Shown here in pieces: positions 48,970 through 59,562 of a stretch of 64,000 nt of DNA (position 1 is the first letter of the stretch; every line of letters begins with the position of its first letter). Made by a program: the position numbers and the translations under genes. Origin of the DNA: an uncultured archaeon. GTDB lineage: Archaea > Asgardarchaeota > Lokiarchaeia > Sigyniarchaeales > SOKP01. The stretch covers positions 112,526 through 176,525 of the forward strand of contig CAZALK010000011.1 in the NCBI GenBank assembly GCA_964486045.1. The letters run 5' to 3'. A model generated the notes under the pieces. That model had not been told where the DNA came from and did no database searches. It saw only the letters and a list, made by a program, of their open reading frames with translations.

Positions 48970-49232
48970 ATGGGAAAAGTTGGAGCTGTTTTAGGTTTCA
49001 TAGTAATTCTTCCATTTTGTTTTCCTTTAGTGTAGATGGAGTGACGATTAATACACCATCGACAAAAGTTGGAAATGATATGGGTGGATCAACCACTGAT
49101 TTCTTTTCTGTAAGTCTACAACATGTAATACATAGTATAGCTGTAGGATGGCATAATATTTCAGTAGCGGTTTTATCGGAAAGCGCTGGAAATAGTATAT
49201 CAAACATGACTTTATTTGTACTGAGTTATTAA
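48970..49232 (+). pseudogene. Frame-disrupted remnant of an exported protein gene
   Basis: MGKVGAVLGFIVILP (signal-like) stops early; a different frame continues FSVDGVTIN...GWHNISV...LFVLSY*. Confidence 0.4.
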
Positions 49233-49328
49233 CCTTACAATTAAATAATTTTTAACTTTTATTTATAACTAATTTGGCTTTATTTTGCCGTATCAAGGTT
49301 TTTAAACCTTAAAACAAAAATACTATTT

Positions 49329-50825
49329 ATGGAAAAATCAAACATTATTGAAACTAAAGCCGGAAAAATCCAAGGGTATAAAGAAGAAGGTTTGGAAATT
49401 TTTAAGGGTGTTCCCTTTGCTGAACCCCCGATTGGGAAATTACGTTTTTCTCCGCCTGTAGATAAGCAATCTTGGGATGGAGTGCTTAATACCACTGAAT
49501 ACGGACCGTGTTCATTTCAAGGACATTCTGAGCTTGAACAATTTCTCGGTAAACTTGAACCTGAGGGTGAAGATTGCTTAACGCTAAACATTTGGACTCC
49601 AGCAACCGACAATGAAAAACGTCCTGTTATGTTTTGGATTCATGGAGGGGCTTTCATGATAGGAGGTGGAACGGATCCAATGTACGATGGGTCGGTATTA
49701 GCTCTTAGGGGTGATATTGTGATCGTCACGATTAATTATAGACTCGGATCTTTTGGTTTTTTGTATAGTAAGGGTATACCACCTAACGTAGGATTTCAAG
49801 ATCAATTAATGGCTTTAAAATGGGTAAACGAGAATATTGGGTCTTTTGGGGGTGATCCTGCGAATGTTACGATTTTTGGAGAATCTGCGGGAGGATATTC
49901 CGTAGCCGCTTTATGCACAATACCGAAGGCGAAAGGTCTTTTTCGCAGAGTCATTGCCCAGAGTGCTCCTTATATTGATACTAATGTTAGTGATAAAACA
50001 TCTAAGAAGATAATTCGTAAACTAAATATTAAAATAGGTGATATTGAATCGTTACGAGAAGTTCCACCGGAAAAGATCATTGACGCGCAAAATCAAGTTA
50101 CTGCTTCACAACCCACAGATGTCATGGCCTTAAGACCTTTAATCATCGGAGATACGTTCCCAAAACATCCACTAAAAGCTTTTCTAAATGGAGAGTGTGC
50201 CAATATTGATTTCATGATAGGCACCAACCTTGAGGAATTTAAATTATATACGGCAATAGAACCTTTCCACTCGATGGTTGAAAATGATGCTGAAAATATG
50301 TTGGTTGGGTTTTTAGGTACGCTAGGAATAGAAAAAGAAAAAAGTGCAAAAATAATAAAAACATATAAGGAAGCAAGAGAAGGAAAACATCCTACAGAGA
50401 CGCTTGAAGTCCTCATAGCGGTTATTACAGATTTTGCATTCCGCATCCCTACGATACGCCTACTTGAGGCTCAGAAACTTCATCAACCTAACACTTACAA
50501 TTATATGTTTACTTGGCCTTCACCTGGATTAGAGGGAAACTTAGGGGCATGTCACTCGCTCGAGATACCTTTTGTTTTTGGTACATTGAATTCTCCAACC
50601 TTAGAAGCCTTTCTAAAAGGTGCACCTAAAGATTTATCTGAAAAGATGATGGATGCTTGGATTAGTTTTGCAAAAACAGGTAATCCGAATCACGGAAATA
50701 TCCCCGAATGGCCTACCTATGATTCAAAGACGCGTGGAACAATGGTTTTTGGGGAAGAATGTAAAGTAGAGAAGGCACTTTTTGATAAAGAACGGGCAGC
50801 TTGGGATGATTTATTGGAAATTTAA
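49329..50825 (+). CDS. Type-B carboxylesterase (PnbA-like)
   Basis: EDCLTLNIW, HGGAF, FGESAGG, ACHSLEIPFVFG. Confidence 0.93.
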   Translation: MEKSNIIETKAGKIQGYKEEGLEIFKGVPFAEPPIGKLRFSPPVDKQSWDGVLNTTEYGPCSFQGHSELEQFLGKLEPEGEDCLTLNIWTPATDNEKRPVMFWIHGGAFMIGGGTDPMYDGSVLALRGDIVIVTINYRLGSFGFLYSKGIPPNVGFQDQLMALKWVNENIGSFGGDPANVTIFGESAGGYSVAALCTIPKAKGLFRRVIAQSAPYIDTNVSDKTSKKIIRKLNIKIGDIESLREVPPEKIIDAQNQVTASQPTDVMALRPLIIGDTFPKHPLKAFLNGECANIDFMIGTNLEEFKLYTAIEPFHSMVENDAENMLVGFLGTLGIEKEKSAKIIKTYKEAREGKHPTETLEVLIAVITDFAFRIPTIRLLEAQKLHQPNTYNYMFTWPSPGLEGNLGACHSLEIPFVFGTLNSPTLEAFLKGAPKDLSEKMMDAWISFAKTGNPNHGNIPEWPTYDSKTRGTMVFGEECKVEKALFDKERAAWDDLLEI

Positions 50826-50832
50826 ATTTTTT

Positions 50833-52080
50833 TTACCTTGGAAAAAGCTTCACCATGACTTTTTCCCCTTTTTTTAATCCTTCTTGATATGGGGGGATTT
50901 CAATAATACCATCAGATTCCGTTAGTGAACTAATAACTCCAGAACCCTTCAACTTTACTGGAATAGCAATAAATTTTTCTTCAGATTTTTCAATGTTAAC
51001 CCTTAAATGATGAAGATATCCAAGACCAGAAACTGGAACATCTCTACTGATCTCCGCCATAATTTCAGTTCTTGGATCAAGAACAGAGCACCCTAGCATA
51101 CCCCTTATTGCTAACCCAGCTATATTTAAAAAAGAAACATAAGCTGCAACCGGAGTGCCTGGTAAACAAAATATTAAAGTATCATTTAATAAACCAATTA
51201 AAACGGGGGTTCCCGGTCTTTGGGCAATTCCATGAGCTAAAATTATGCCTGATTCTTTAATAACTTCAGGAAGATAATCTTTAGTACCTACAGAAGTACC
51301 TCCTGTAAAAATAACTATATCAGAATCACTTGCTGCATCAAATAATCTATTTTTGATAACATTTTTATCATCTTTTACTGTTTCCCCTCGAATAACTTCT
51401 CCACCATAAAGATTTACTAATGCTGAAATCATTGGGGTATTTGAATTGTAGATTTTCCCAGGAAGTATTGTATCACCTGGTTCAAGTAATTCATCTCCAG
51501 ATGAAAAAACACTTACTTTTGGTTTAATACGCACTTTTATTCTTTTAAATCCTAAAGATGTTAATAGAGCTATATGTTCAGCCTTTAACTCTATACCCAT
51601 ATTTAATACTTGAGTTCCATTTTTAATATCTTCTCCTTTCTTTGAAATGTTTTTTCCAGGAGGTAGAGAGACATAAATTTTTATCAGCTTATTATCTATC
51701 TCTGTATCTTCAATTTTGATAACTGCATCTCCCCCTTCTGGTATCGGTGCCCCAGTGGATATTCTGATGGCTTCACTTATATTAAGTTTAAGAGTAGATG
51801 ATTCGCCAATTTCGATTGTTCCAACAAGGTTAATCGTTTTCGGATTTGCTGTAGAAGCCCCGAACGAATCTTCTGCGTTAATAGCATACCCATCCATGGC
51901 GGATCGATCAAATGGTGGAAGATCAATTTCGCTAACTATGTCATTCGCTAAAACTCGGTTTAAAGCATCATTTATATCAATTCCTTCCTTAGGATTTAAC
52001 TGGATATGAGAAAAAAGCTTTTCTACAGCCTCTTTTAATGGGATTAACTTTGAGAATCCTATTTTTCTTAGCTTTTCCAA
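50833..52080 (-). CDS. moeA: Molybdopterin molybdenumtransferase MoeA
   Basis: PPFDRSAMDGYA, SGDEL, GGTSVG, LPGTP. Confidence 0.93.
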   Translation of the reverse strand: MEKLRKIGFSKLIPLKEAVEKLFSHIQLNPKEGIDINDALNRVLANDIVSEIDLPPFDRSAMDGYAINAEDSFGASTANPKTINLVGTIEIGESSTLKLNISEAIRISTGAPIPEGGDAVIKIEDTEIDNKLIKIYVSLPPGKNISKKGEDIKNGTQVLNMGIELKAEHIALLTSLGFKRIKVRIKPKVSVFSSGDELLEPGDTILPGKIYNSNTPMISALVNLYGGEVIRGETVKDDKNVIKNRLFDAASDSDIVIFTGGTSVGTKDYLPEVIKESGIILAHGIAQRPGTPVLIGLLNDTLIFCLPGTPVAAYVSFLNIAGLAIRGMLGCSVLDPRTEIMAEISRDVPVSGLGYLHHLRVNIEKSEEKFIAIPVKLKGSGVISSLTESDGIIEIPPYQEGLKKGEKVMVKLFPR

Positions 52081-52085
52081 TTATA

Positions 52086-52658
52086 TCACTCTTTTTTGTT
52101 AATAATATAAATGATATGACCAATTTCAGGCATTATTAATGCTTCTAAGGCTAAATTCACAGCTTTCGGTGATCCCGGAAGTAAGAAGACAGCCTTATTT
52201 TTCTTTTTGCCTTTTAATATCCCTGCAACAGCCCTGGATAGCATAGCTGATGAGCCAATTTCATTATATGAGAGATTCCGAAAGAGTTCTCCAAATCCAT
52301 TAAACTTTTTCTCTAAATGCGGTTCTATTGTTTCATATGTGATATCTTTTAGTGATAAACCTGTTCCTCCACTGAATATAATAGCGTCAATAGCATCCTC
52401 TTTCATTACTTTAACTAAAATATGATTGAGATGTACTTCTGAATCTGGTATGATTTCTGCTAATTCTAGTGAAATCGATAAATCTTTACTTAGTATTTTT
52501 TTCACCAAAGGAATTGTTTTATCCGAACTTACTTTTTTAGACTTAAGTTCTTTATACCTACTCGTGCTTACTACAATTAAGGCAAAAACGATTTTCTTAG
52601 GAGCTTTATATTTATGTTCTTCGTGAACGTTTAATTTTTTTTTCATATCACTCATCAC
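52086..52658 (-). CDS. moaB: MoaB/MogA molybdopterin adenylyltransferase
   Basis: SGGTG...DITYE, GFGELFR, AMLSRA, LPGSPKAV. Confidence 0.92.
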   Translation of the reverse strand: MMSDMKKKLNVHEEHKYKAPKKIVFALIVVSTSRYKELKSKKVSSDKTIPLVKKILSKDLSISLELAEIIPDSEVHLNHILVKVMKEDAIDAIIFSGGTGLSLKDITYETIEPHLEKKFNGFGELFRNLSYNEIGSSAMLSRAVAGILKGKKKNKAVFLLPGSPKAVNLALEALIMPEIGHIIYIINKKE

Positions 52659-52681
52659 ATGGTTTAATTTTAATTTAAAAA

Positions 52682-53908
52682 TTAGAAGAAATAGAACCTT
52701 CTTTTATCCCCTTTTTCAATTATCGATTCAAGCTCTTCTATTTCAATATACCCATCAGCATGGAAAATTGTACTCACTGCTTCTGAACCAGTCTTTATCG
52801 GGAAAATTAGCCTTATACCATCTTCTTCTTTAATCTTAACCGCTTTAAATTCATGTCTTCCAACAGTGCTATATATTCTTTCTCCTATCTCAATTTCTTT
52901 TGAATATTTATCTCTCAAGGGATAACCAGATATTTTTCGCAAAAAATTATCAATAAAAACATAAAAACAGCTTAAAGCAGATGTTGGATAACCAGGTAGA
53001 ATAAAGATTATTTTGTTCTTTAATTTCGTAAAGATAATCGGCTTTCCTGGCTTTATTTTTACTCCGTGAACCATAATTTCAATGTCATTATATTTTTCTA
53101 AGACTTGGGGACCCAAATCTCCTTCTCCTTTCGAGGTTCCCCCAGATAAAATTACTATGTCACTCGATACTAAAGCTTTATCTACAGCACTTTTCAATTC
53201 TTCATAACTATCTTTTATAACACCTAAATACTTGACTAAAACCCCAGTATTTTCAATAGCTTTTTTCAAAACTACCGAATTAACATCATAAATCTTACCA
53301 ATATCTAGAGTTTCTACATCTTGGCTCACAATTTCATTACCAGTACTAAGAAGGGAAACAATAACCTGTTTGTATACCCTTACTTCCTTACTTCCTACTG
53401 AAGCAAGAATTCCCATAGTCGCTAGGTTAATTAGTGTATCTTTTTTTACTATTACACTTCTCTCCTTTATATCATGCCCTATTTCAATAATGTGAGTTCC
53501 AGGAGTGATCGCTTTAGAGACTAAAATTTCACTTCCCTCTTTTTCACTAAACTCAACCATTACAACACCGTTAGCATTCTCAGGCACAGCAGCTCCAGTT
53601 GCAACATACGAACATTGACCTTTACCCAATCTATTTTGAGGAATATCACCGGCTTGAATTACTTCTATTAATTTTAAATTTATAAGATTATCTTCTTCTG
53701 CTCCAAAAGTATCTTCAGCTAGTACAGCATATCCATCCATTCTTGATTTTCTAAAGTGAGGGACGTTAATTCTGCTAATAATTTCTCTTGAAGTTATTCG
53801 ATTAAAGCTTTCTTCAATGCTGACAATTTCTTCCTCTGTTCTTAAAATTGGAACTGAATCTAAGATTTCCTTAAATTCTTCAACTTTAATTGTTTTTAGA
53901 AATTTCAT
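52682..53908 (-). CDS. moeA: Molybdopterin molybdenumtransferase MoeA (second paralog)
   Basis: SRMDGYA, STGNE, GGTSKG, KPGKP, LPGYP. Confidence 0.93.
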   Translation of the reverse strand: MKFLKTIKVEEFKEILDSVPILRTEEEIVSIEESFNRITSREIISRINVPHFRKSRMDGYAVLAEDTFGAEEDNLINLKLIEVIQAGDIPQNRLGKGQCSYVATGAAVPENANGVVMVEFSEKEGSEILVSKAITPGTHIIEIGHDIKERSVIVKKDTLINLATMGILASVGSKEVRVYKQVIVSLLSTGNEIVSQDVETLDIGKIYDVNSVVLKKAIENTGVLVKYLGVIKDSYEELKSAVDKALVSSDIVILSGGTSKGEGDLGPQVLEKYNDIEIMVHGVKIKPGKPIIFTKLKNKIIFILPGYPTSALSCFYVFIDNFLRKISGYPLRDKYSKEIEIGERIYSTVGRHEFKAVKIKEEDGIRLIFPIKTGSEAVSTIFHADGYIEIEELESIIEKGDKRRFYFF

Positions 53909-53937
53909 CTAATCCACATTCATAATATAATACAATT

Positions 53938-54387
53938 TCAATGGATCCATTCAGAAGATCCATCTTTAAAATCTTCTCTTTTCCACACAGCTATTTCGTT
54001 CTTATACATGTCAACAGCTTTACTGATTACTTTGAAGCCCTCCTTTCTATGGGCAGAAACAACAACCACGTAAACTAAATCCTCAGAAAGCTCAAATTCT
54101 CCCTTTAAATGAATAATTTTAATAGTTATAATCCCCTTCTCTTGTTTTAGTTTTTCACAAATTTTCTTTATACTTTGATTCGCTAGGCTTTCATAAGCAT
54201 CTATCTTCATCCCAATCACGGGTTTTCCTGTCTTAGAACTACGTCTTACAATCCCTGTAAAAGTGTGAATTGATCCTGCTTCATCGATACTGGAATCTTC
54301 TTTTATTGATTGTATAATCCGCGCAAGATCAATTTCTCCCTTACTATAGATACCAGATTTAATTTTGGATTTATTTTTAGTATTCAA
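53938..54387 (-). CDS. moaE: Molybdopterin synthase catalytic subunit
   Basis: FTGIVR, SAHRKEGF, VWKRE. Confidence 0.92.
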   Translation of the reverse strand: MNTKNKSKIKSGIYSKGEIDLARIIQSIKEDSSIDEAGSIHTFTGIVRRSSKTGKPVIGMKIDAYESLANQSIKKICEKLKQEKGIITIKIIHLKGEFELSEDLVYVVVVSAHRKEGFKVISKAVDMYKNEIAVWKREDFKDGSSEWIH

Positions 54388-54393
54388 TTCACC

Positions 54394-54678
54394 TTATCCC
54401 CCCGATACAGGCATTAAGAAGGCTATTACATCTCCATCATTTAATTCTGCTAAAAGGGGATTTTCAAGAAGGAGGGGTTGATTATTTATAATTACTGAGA
54501 TTAAATTACTTATGTTTTGACAATTTTCATCCCATAGCAAATTTCGAAGAGGTACTTTATATTTAGTTAACAATAATTCGATCAAAGTCTTTAATTGATT
54601 ATTTGATAATTCAAATTGTTCTTTCTCTTTTCCCGTTATATCCTTAAACTCAGCAAAATAAAGAACTTCTACAATCAT
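54394..54678 (-). CDS. moaD: MoaD/SAMP ubiquitin-like sulfur carrier
   Basis: YFAEFKDITG...GDVIAFLMPVSGG. Confidence 0.92.
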   Translation of the reverse strand: MIVEVLYFAEFKDITGKEKEQFELSNNQLKTLIELLLTKYKVPLRNLLWDENCQNISNLISVIINNQPLLLENPLLAELNDGDVIAFLMPVSGG

Positions 54679-54703
54679 TTAATAAACCCAAATTCAACAA
54701 TCT

Positions 54704-55624
54704 TTAATAATATGGTTCTCTTGAGTCCAAAACCCGCGAAACTTGCTTTACAATTTCTTCAAATGAATGATGATTTCGAAGAGCTTCTTTAATATTTTTT
54801 CCAAGATCGGATCTATATAAACATCCAAATAGATTCCCGTCACAACCAATTCGTAATTTAGTACAGCCCATACAAAATTCGTGACTAGGTGTGATTGTTT
54901 CGACCACCGCTCCATTAGGTAATGTTATAACTTTTCGATTCTGCATAGAACCCCTGATTTGGACTTTCTGCTTTGATCTAAGCTCCAAACTTTTTATAAT
55001 CGATTTAATATCTAAATGGTGTTTTTCATAAAATTCTAAATTTCCTCCAATTACTTCAGAAACTTTATGTAATTCGATAATTTGCAAAATGAAGTTATTT
55101 CGTGCACAATATTCTATCATATCTCCCAATTCATTATTATTTAACCCATTCATCACTACAAAATTTAACTTTATAGGATTAAATCCAACTTCTTTTGCTT
55201 TTTGTAAACCTTTCAATACTTTTTCAAGGGTATCTGAACCATATATTTCTTTATACACTTTTGGATTAAGAGATGCTAAAGAAACATTAATTCGATTTAA
55301 ACCAGCTTTATATAATTCTTCTGCCTTTTCAAGAAGAAATAATCCGTTAGTAGTCATGGAAATATCTTTATAGAGGTGTAAATCAGATACGTTTTTGATT
55401 ATTTCTACTATTTCTTCTCGGCACATTGGTTCCCCCCCAGTGAATTTAATCCTGGAAACTTCTAATATTTCTGCTAATATCTTGCACAATTTTGTAATCT
55501 CTTCAACACTAAGCTCATTAGTTCTACTATACCCTTCGCTATCGCAATACAAACAGGAATATTGACATTTAGACGTGAGTGAAAATCTGATGTGCTTAAT
55601 TTTTCTGTTGTAGCTGTCTTTCAT
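54704..55624 (-). CDS. moaA: GTP 3',8-cyclase (radical SAM)
   Basis: CQYSCLYC, FTGGEP, MTTNG, FCMGCTKLR...GCL. Confidence 0.93.
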   Translation of the reverse strand: MKDSYNRKIKHIRFSLTSKCQYSCLYCDSEGYSRTNELSVEEITKLCKILAEILEVSRIKFTGGEPMCREEIVEIIKNVSDLHLYKDISMTTNGLFLLEKAEELYKAGLNRINVSLASLNPKVYKEIYGSDTLEKVLKGLQKAKEVGFNPIKLNFVVMNGLNNNELGDMIEYCARNNFILQIIELHKVSEVIGGNLEFYEKHHLDIKSIIKSLELRSKQKVQIRGSMQNRKVITLPNGAVVETITPSHEFCMGCTKLRIGCDGNLFGCLYRSDLGKNIKEALRNHHSFEEIVKQVSRVLDSREPYY

Positions 55625-55630
55625 CTAAAT

Positions 55631-56065
55631 TTACTTTATTTTTTTTATTTTTTCATCAACTTTAATATCAGAAATTAATGTAGAGGGATATTGACCTTTT
55701 TCGTCTTTCTCATACATCTTTACAACATCCCATATATTTAAAAGCGCAACGTTAACACCTGTAAGAGACTCCATCTCGACTCCTGTCTGCGCAACACTTT
55801 TTACTGTGCATGAAACGCTTATAGTAGTGTCATTTTCAATATTGAAATCTATCTCAATTTTGTTGATTGGGATTTGGTGGCATAATGGAATCAGATCAGG
55901 AACTTTTTTTACAGCATTAATCGCTGCTATTTTTGCTATAGTAAAAACATCCCCTTTCTTAACTTGATTATTCTGTATTTTCTGGATAGTTTCCTTCTTA
56001 AGCTTAATACTTCCAGAGGCAGTAGCGATCCTAAGAATTGGTTCTTTTCCCGATATATCAATCAT
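55631..56065 (-). CDS. moaC: Cyclic pyranopterin monophosphate synthase
   Basis: MIDISGK start (ATG 56065), LIPLCHQI, TGVEMESL, WDVVK. Confidence 0.93.
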   Translation of the reverse strand: MIDISGKEPILRIATASGSIKLKKETIQKIQNNQVKKGDVFTIAKIAAINAVKKVPDLIPLCHQIPINKIEIDFNIENDTTISVSCTVKSVAQTGVEMESLTGVNVALLNIWDVVKMYEKDEKGQYPSTLISDIKVDEKIKKIK

Positions 56066-56083
56066 TATAGTTCTCAAACTTAG

Positions 56084-56107
56084 CGTTATATACACATGTA
56101 CATAACG
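56084..56107. promoter_or_regulatory. ModE-like operator CGTTATATA-N6-TACATAACG upstream of the Moco operon
   Basis: One mismatch to the ModE consensus CGTTATATA-N6-TATATAACG; ends 18 nt upstream of the moaC ATG. Confidence 0.7.
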
Positions 56108-56345
56108 AAAAATCTTTGATTACTTAAAACCTCTCCTTTTTAAAAAGAAATAACAATATTTTGATCCTGTTTTAAAAAGGATTGTTTATCCCCCTTAAAT
56201 CTTCTTAAGTTCTTGAGGAGTTGTCGTGAAAGCGATTTTAAAATGATTAGTCAAGTCTTTGATAAATAAAAGAGAATGGATATTCGTTAGTGAATACAAA
56301 ATTTGTTGTCCCTATACATTTAAATTTGTGAATTTCTTTAGTAAC

Positions 56346-57722
56346 ATGAAGACAATGGTTAAACGAGAATTTACAATCAACAAATTCCTCACGATGAAGC
56401 TTGAAGGCGGGAAAACGTATATTTATGTAGCCGGTGAGAAGTTTAAACAGTGTCGGTTCCTCATGATTAACCTTCCCTTAGAGGAAATCGAGAGCTTCGA
56501 CGAGATAAAATCCATTGACGAAGCTGCAGAAATTATAAACCCTTCAATGAGAGAACCTCCTGAACCAGAAAAGATCCGGAGACATGAAATTCCGACGTAC
56601 AAAATCCTCCCTGAAGAGGAGTTTTGGGGGCTCTGCTCGAATCTACAAGCATGGTGTGAGCACGGGTATAATACAAGACTGCTTCACTCAAATTTATCCT
56701 TTCCACTGCTGAAAAAACTTGCTAATGTCGGAGACCTTCAAGCAAAAAGAATCTTTAAGGAAGAGATTGTTGAGCGCTATAACACTGGAGTCGAAAGCGT
56801 GCGGAAATACCTTAAAAGCACGAATTATCTGAGCTATTTATCATTAGAAGAGCTATTAAGCATAGTCGATGATGAGAATGAAAGAGAGGCGATGCTGCTA
56901 TTAATAAAGACGTTGATTCGAACCGATAACCTTGATATTGACATCAAACAAGGAAAGGTAATTAAAATAAAGCTCCAAGGTCAGAAACTTAAGAAAGTTC
57001 CTGAACTTATTCGAAAGTTAACTTCACTAGAACACTTAATTCTGTCGTACAATTCAATAGAAGCCCTCCCTGAATGGATTGGTGAGCTTAAAACCCTTAG
57101 GGTTTTTGAAGTGACTAATAACTGTCTAAAAACACTTCCAGATTCTATTGGTGATCTTAAATCATTGGAACAAATAAAAGCACGCAGTAATAAAATTGAA
57201 TATCTTCCAGAATCTATCGGAAATTTAAAGTCGCTTAAATTGCTTGAATTGTATCGCAATAAACTTGATAGGCTTCCTGAATCTATTGGGAATTTATCCA
57301 GTCTAGAATTGTTGGACCTTCATGAAAATAATCTAATAACCCTACCAGAATCGATTGGTAAGCTTAAAGATCTGAATAAGTTAATTCTTAGAGACAATTA
57401 TATTGAAGATTTACCCCTCTCATTTGGTAATCTTCATAGTTTAAAAAGTCTGTCTTTATCAGAAAATATCATCAAAGAACTACCAAAATCAATGAAGAAT
57501 CTTATTAACTTAAAGATCTTATCAATTTATTATAATCCTATTAATATTATACCTGAATTTTTGTATTGGTTACCTAACTTAAGAGAACTCATTATTGATC
57601 ATGTATACTTCGATAAATTTCAGATATTCGAAGGAGATTTTGTAAATAAAATGGTATCAATCATGTATATTCAATATGAAGAAAAAAGATTTTTAAATTA
57701 TAGGGAAAAAAGAATTATCTGA
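56346..57722 (+). CDS. Leucine-rich repeat protein with Lokiarchaeia-type N-terminal domain
   Basis: EFTINKFLTMKLEGGKTYIYV...EEEFWGLCSNLQAW; ~9 LPESIGNLxxL repeats; ATG 56346 more likely than TTG 56259. Confidence 0.88.
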   Translation: MKTMVKREFTINKFLTMKLEGGKTYIYVAGEKFKQCRFLMINLPLEEIESFDEIKSIDEAAEIINPSMREPPEPEKIRRHEIPTYKILPEEEFWGLCSNLQAWCEHGYNTRLLHSNLSFPLLKKLANVGDLQAKRIFKEEIVERYNTGVESVRKYLKSTNYLSYLSLEELLSIVDDENEREAMLLLIKTLIRTDNLDIDIKQGKVIKIKLQGQKLKKVPELIRKLTSLEHLILSYNSIEALPEWIGELKTLRVFEVTNNCLKTLPDSIGDLKSLEQIKARSNKIEYLPESIGNLKSLKLLELYRNKLDRLPESIGNLSSLELLDLHENNLITLPESIGKLKDLNKLILRDNYIEDLPLSFGNLHSLKSLSLSENIIKELPKSMKNLINLKILSIYYNPINIIPEFLYWLPNLRELIIDHVYFDKFQIFEGDFVNKMVSIMYIQYEEKRFLNYREKRII

Positions 57723-59562
57723 GGTCAAGTAGATCATCGTGTAAAACTCCCCTGTTTTTGAAAAGCACTTTGACCTTGTATTTGATATAATCGATTATAT
57801 TGTTAAATCTGTTGTCTGTCTCATGATTGTGGAATCCCAAGAAGTATCGTATATCTCGGGGCATGAAAATTCTTGAAAAGGCGTCTGCGAACTGTTTATA
57901 TGCTTCTGGTGTAAATGTTCCCCCCGCCCCGTCAATCCAAACAAATGATCCTTCAATACGGTTGGCAGAATCGATCGAGCCAGACTGAATATGGCTTTGA
58001 TCATATAAATCAAAGATGTCTGAATATATAAAGTTTCTATTTCCCCATTTAACTACAGAAAAGATATTAGGCTCTAGCATCATCCACAAAAGTAAACTAA
58101 TAATAGCCTTAGCGGGATTTTCGCGGTTTACCTCTATTTCATGAAACCTAAAATCGGTATCGATATAATCGGGTCTAACCAATATGTTTTCAGAGTTTAG
58201 CTTTCTGTTAATTGTATTAAATCGGTCAATGCCATTTTTACCTCTTGCATATAATTCTATTTTTAAGGAATCGCTCTCAGGAACCATGTCAAACATTTCT
58301 TTGATTTTTCTATATGCATCAATAAGATCTTGATCCAGCCCAGAATTTAATGCTATATCGAAATCTAGAAAATAGTCACTCTCCTCTCTGTTTAGTATCG
58401 CATAATTTGACTCTCGCCATGTTTTAAAAGTGTCTAAGGTTAATTTGGAATTACTTATGGCCGGAATTAAGTCGTTGTTTCGAGTCATCTCAAAAGCCAC
58501 CCAAGTGCCACCCCACGCTTCTTCGGTTGACCTCCCTAAAACAAAACGCTCATTTGAGTTTGCGGTACCAAGCATTTTCAATTTGGTTACAAAATCGTGG
58601 GCAGTTTGGTCTGGAAAGTCTATATTCTTCATTAATTGGTTTATAAATATTCTTTCAGATCCAGAATGATAAATACTTGGGTCAATTCTTTCTCTTTCCT
58701 TTTCAAAAGACTCTCTCGCTTTAGGAAACATTAAATCGAAGATTTCAAGTCTCCCATCAAAATGTTTTTGTCTTGTTTTAGAGACTGAGTTGTATTCTGT
58801 GAAATATCTTTTTAGAAACTCTTGTGTAGCAAAACTGTAATCGGATACCAGTGCTGGATCAAAGTCATCATAATAATTGTCAGTAAAATAAGTGGTTGGG
58901 GGATTGATAATACTATTACCTCGTCTGAAGCCAAATAGAAGTGTTTCCGTCCAATAAAAGGCTCTTCTTGTAAATCCTCTAATTGATCCTGATAAGTATT
59001 TATCGCCTATATCTCGGGGGAATGTGTCATGAAGAGCTCTTCCGAGAAAATCTTTTAAGAGAGTTGACTGTTCTTGCTGAGAGTGTTTTACAAAATCGAT
59101 TCTATAACCAAAACTTTGTGTCGAATCTTCACTAAATGTCATGACTCCGCCTAATAAAAGTACAAAAGCAGGGTATCCAAACACATCTTGAAGGGCTGCA
59201 TCAATCATAGCAATTTGGTCGCTCGAACCGGTAAAAGTAACGGATTTCAGGCTTTTATGTTCTCCAAAAACAAGCGGGGATGGTGGATTAGGGGGGTTAA
59301 GATCATTTTTAATTATATTAAACCATTCTTGATAAAACTGTTGTGGGGTTATGTCATTTTTCTTAAACTTGCCATCACTTTGAATAATTCCTCTAGTTAG
59401 TTTAGCGAAATCTGCTTCTTTTAGGTTTAAAGCTTTCAAAATTAATTTAAAATTTTCAACACTATACGTCATGTCTTCCTTTGGAAAGAAATTAAGGAAA
59501 TTGTCTTCTATTAAAATGTGTGAGATTGAACCTATAACGCTCCTTATATTTGAAAAAAGCAA
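57715..59562 (-). CDS. Hypothetical protein, possibly the C-terminal fragment of a larger gene
   Basis: 615-aa ORF with no recognisable motif; head-to-head overlap with 59550-59972. Confidence 0.6.
   Translation of the reverse strand: MLFSNIRSVIGSISHILIEDNFLNFFPKEDMTYSVENFKLILKALNLKEADFAKLTRGIIQSDGKFKKNDITPQQFYQEWFNIIKNDLNPPNPPSPLVFGEHKSLKSVTFTGSSDQIAMIDAALQDVFGYPAFVLLLGGVMTFSEDSTQSFGYRIDFVKHSQQEQSTLLKDFLGRALHDTFPRDIGDKYLSGSIRGFTRRAFYWTETLLFGFRRGNSIINPPTTYFTDNYYDDFDPALVSDYSFATQEFLKRYFTEYNSVSKTRQKHFDGRLEIFDLMFPKARESFEKERERIDPSIYHSGSERIFINQLMKNIDFPDQTAHDFVTKLKMLGTANSNERFVLGRSTEEAWGGTWVAFEMTRNNDLIPAISNSKLTLDTFKTWRESNYAILNREESDYFLDFDIALNSGLDQDLIDAYRKIKEMFDMVPESDSLKIELYARGKNGIDRFNTINRKLNSENILVRPDYIDTDFRFHEIEVNRENPAKAIISLLLWMMLEPNIFSVVKWGNRNFIYSDIFDLYDQSHIQSGSIDSANRIEGSFVWIDGAGGTFTPEAYKQFADAFSRIFMPRDIRYFLGFHNHETDNRFNNIIDYIKYKVKVLFKNRGVLHDDLLDLR

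Noticed and set aside
49295-49310. Palindrome AAGGTTT-TT-AAACCTT upstream of the carboxylesterase
   Set aside because: Could be an operator, but there is no second copy or candidate regulator in the window
306-59400. Many short ORFs overlapping larger genes (e.g. 306-629, 4471-4809, 28058-28453, 40275-40601, 50093-50446)
   Set aside because: Opposite-strand or alternate-frame shadows of well-supported genes, with no motifs
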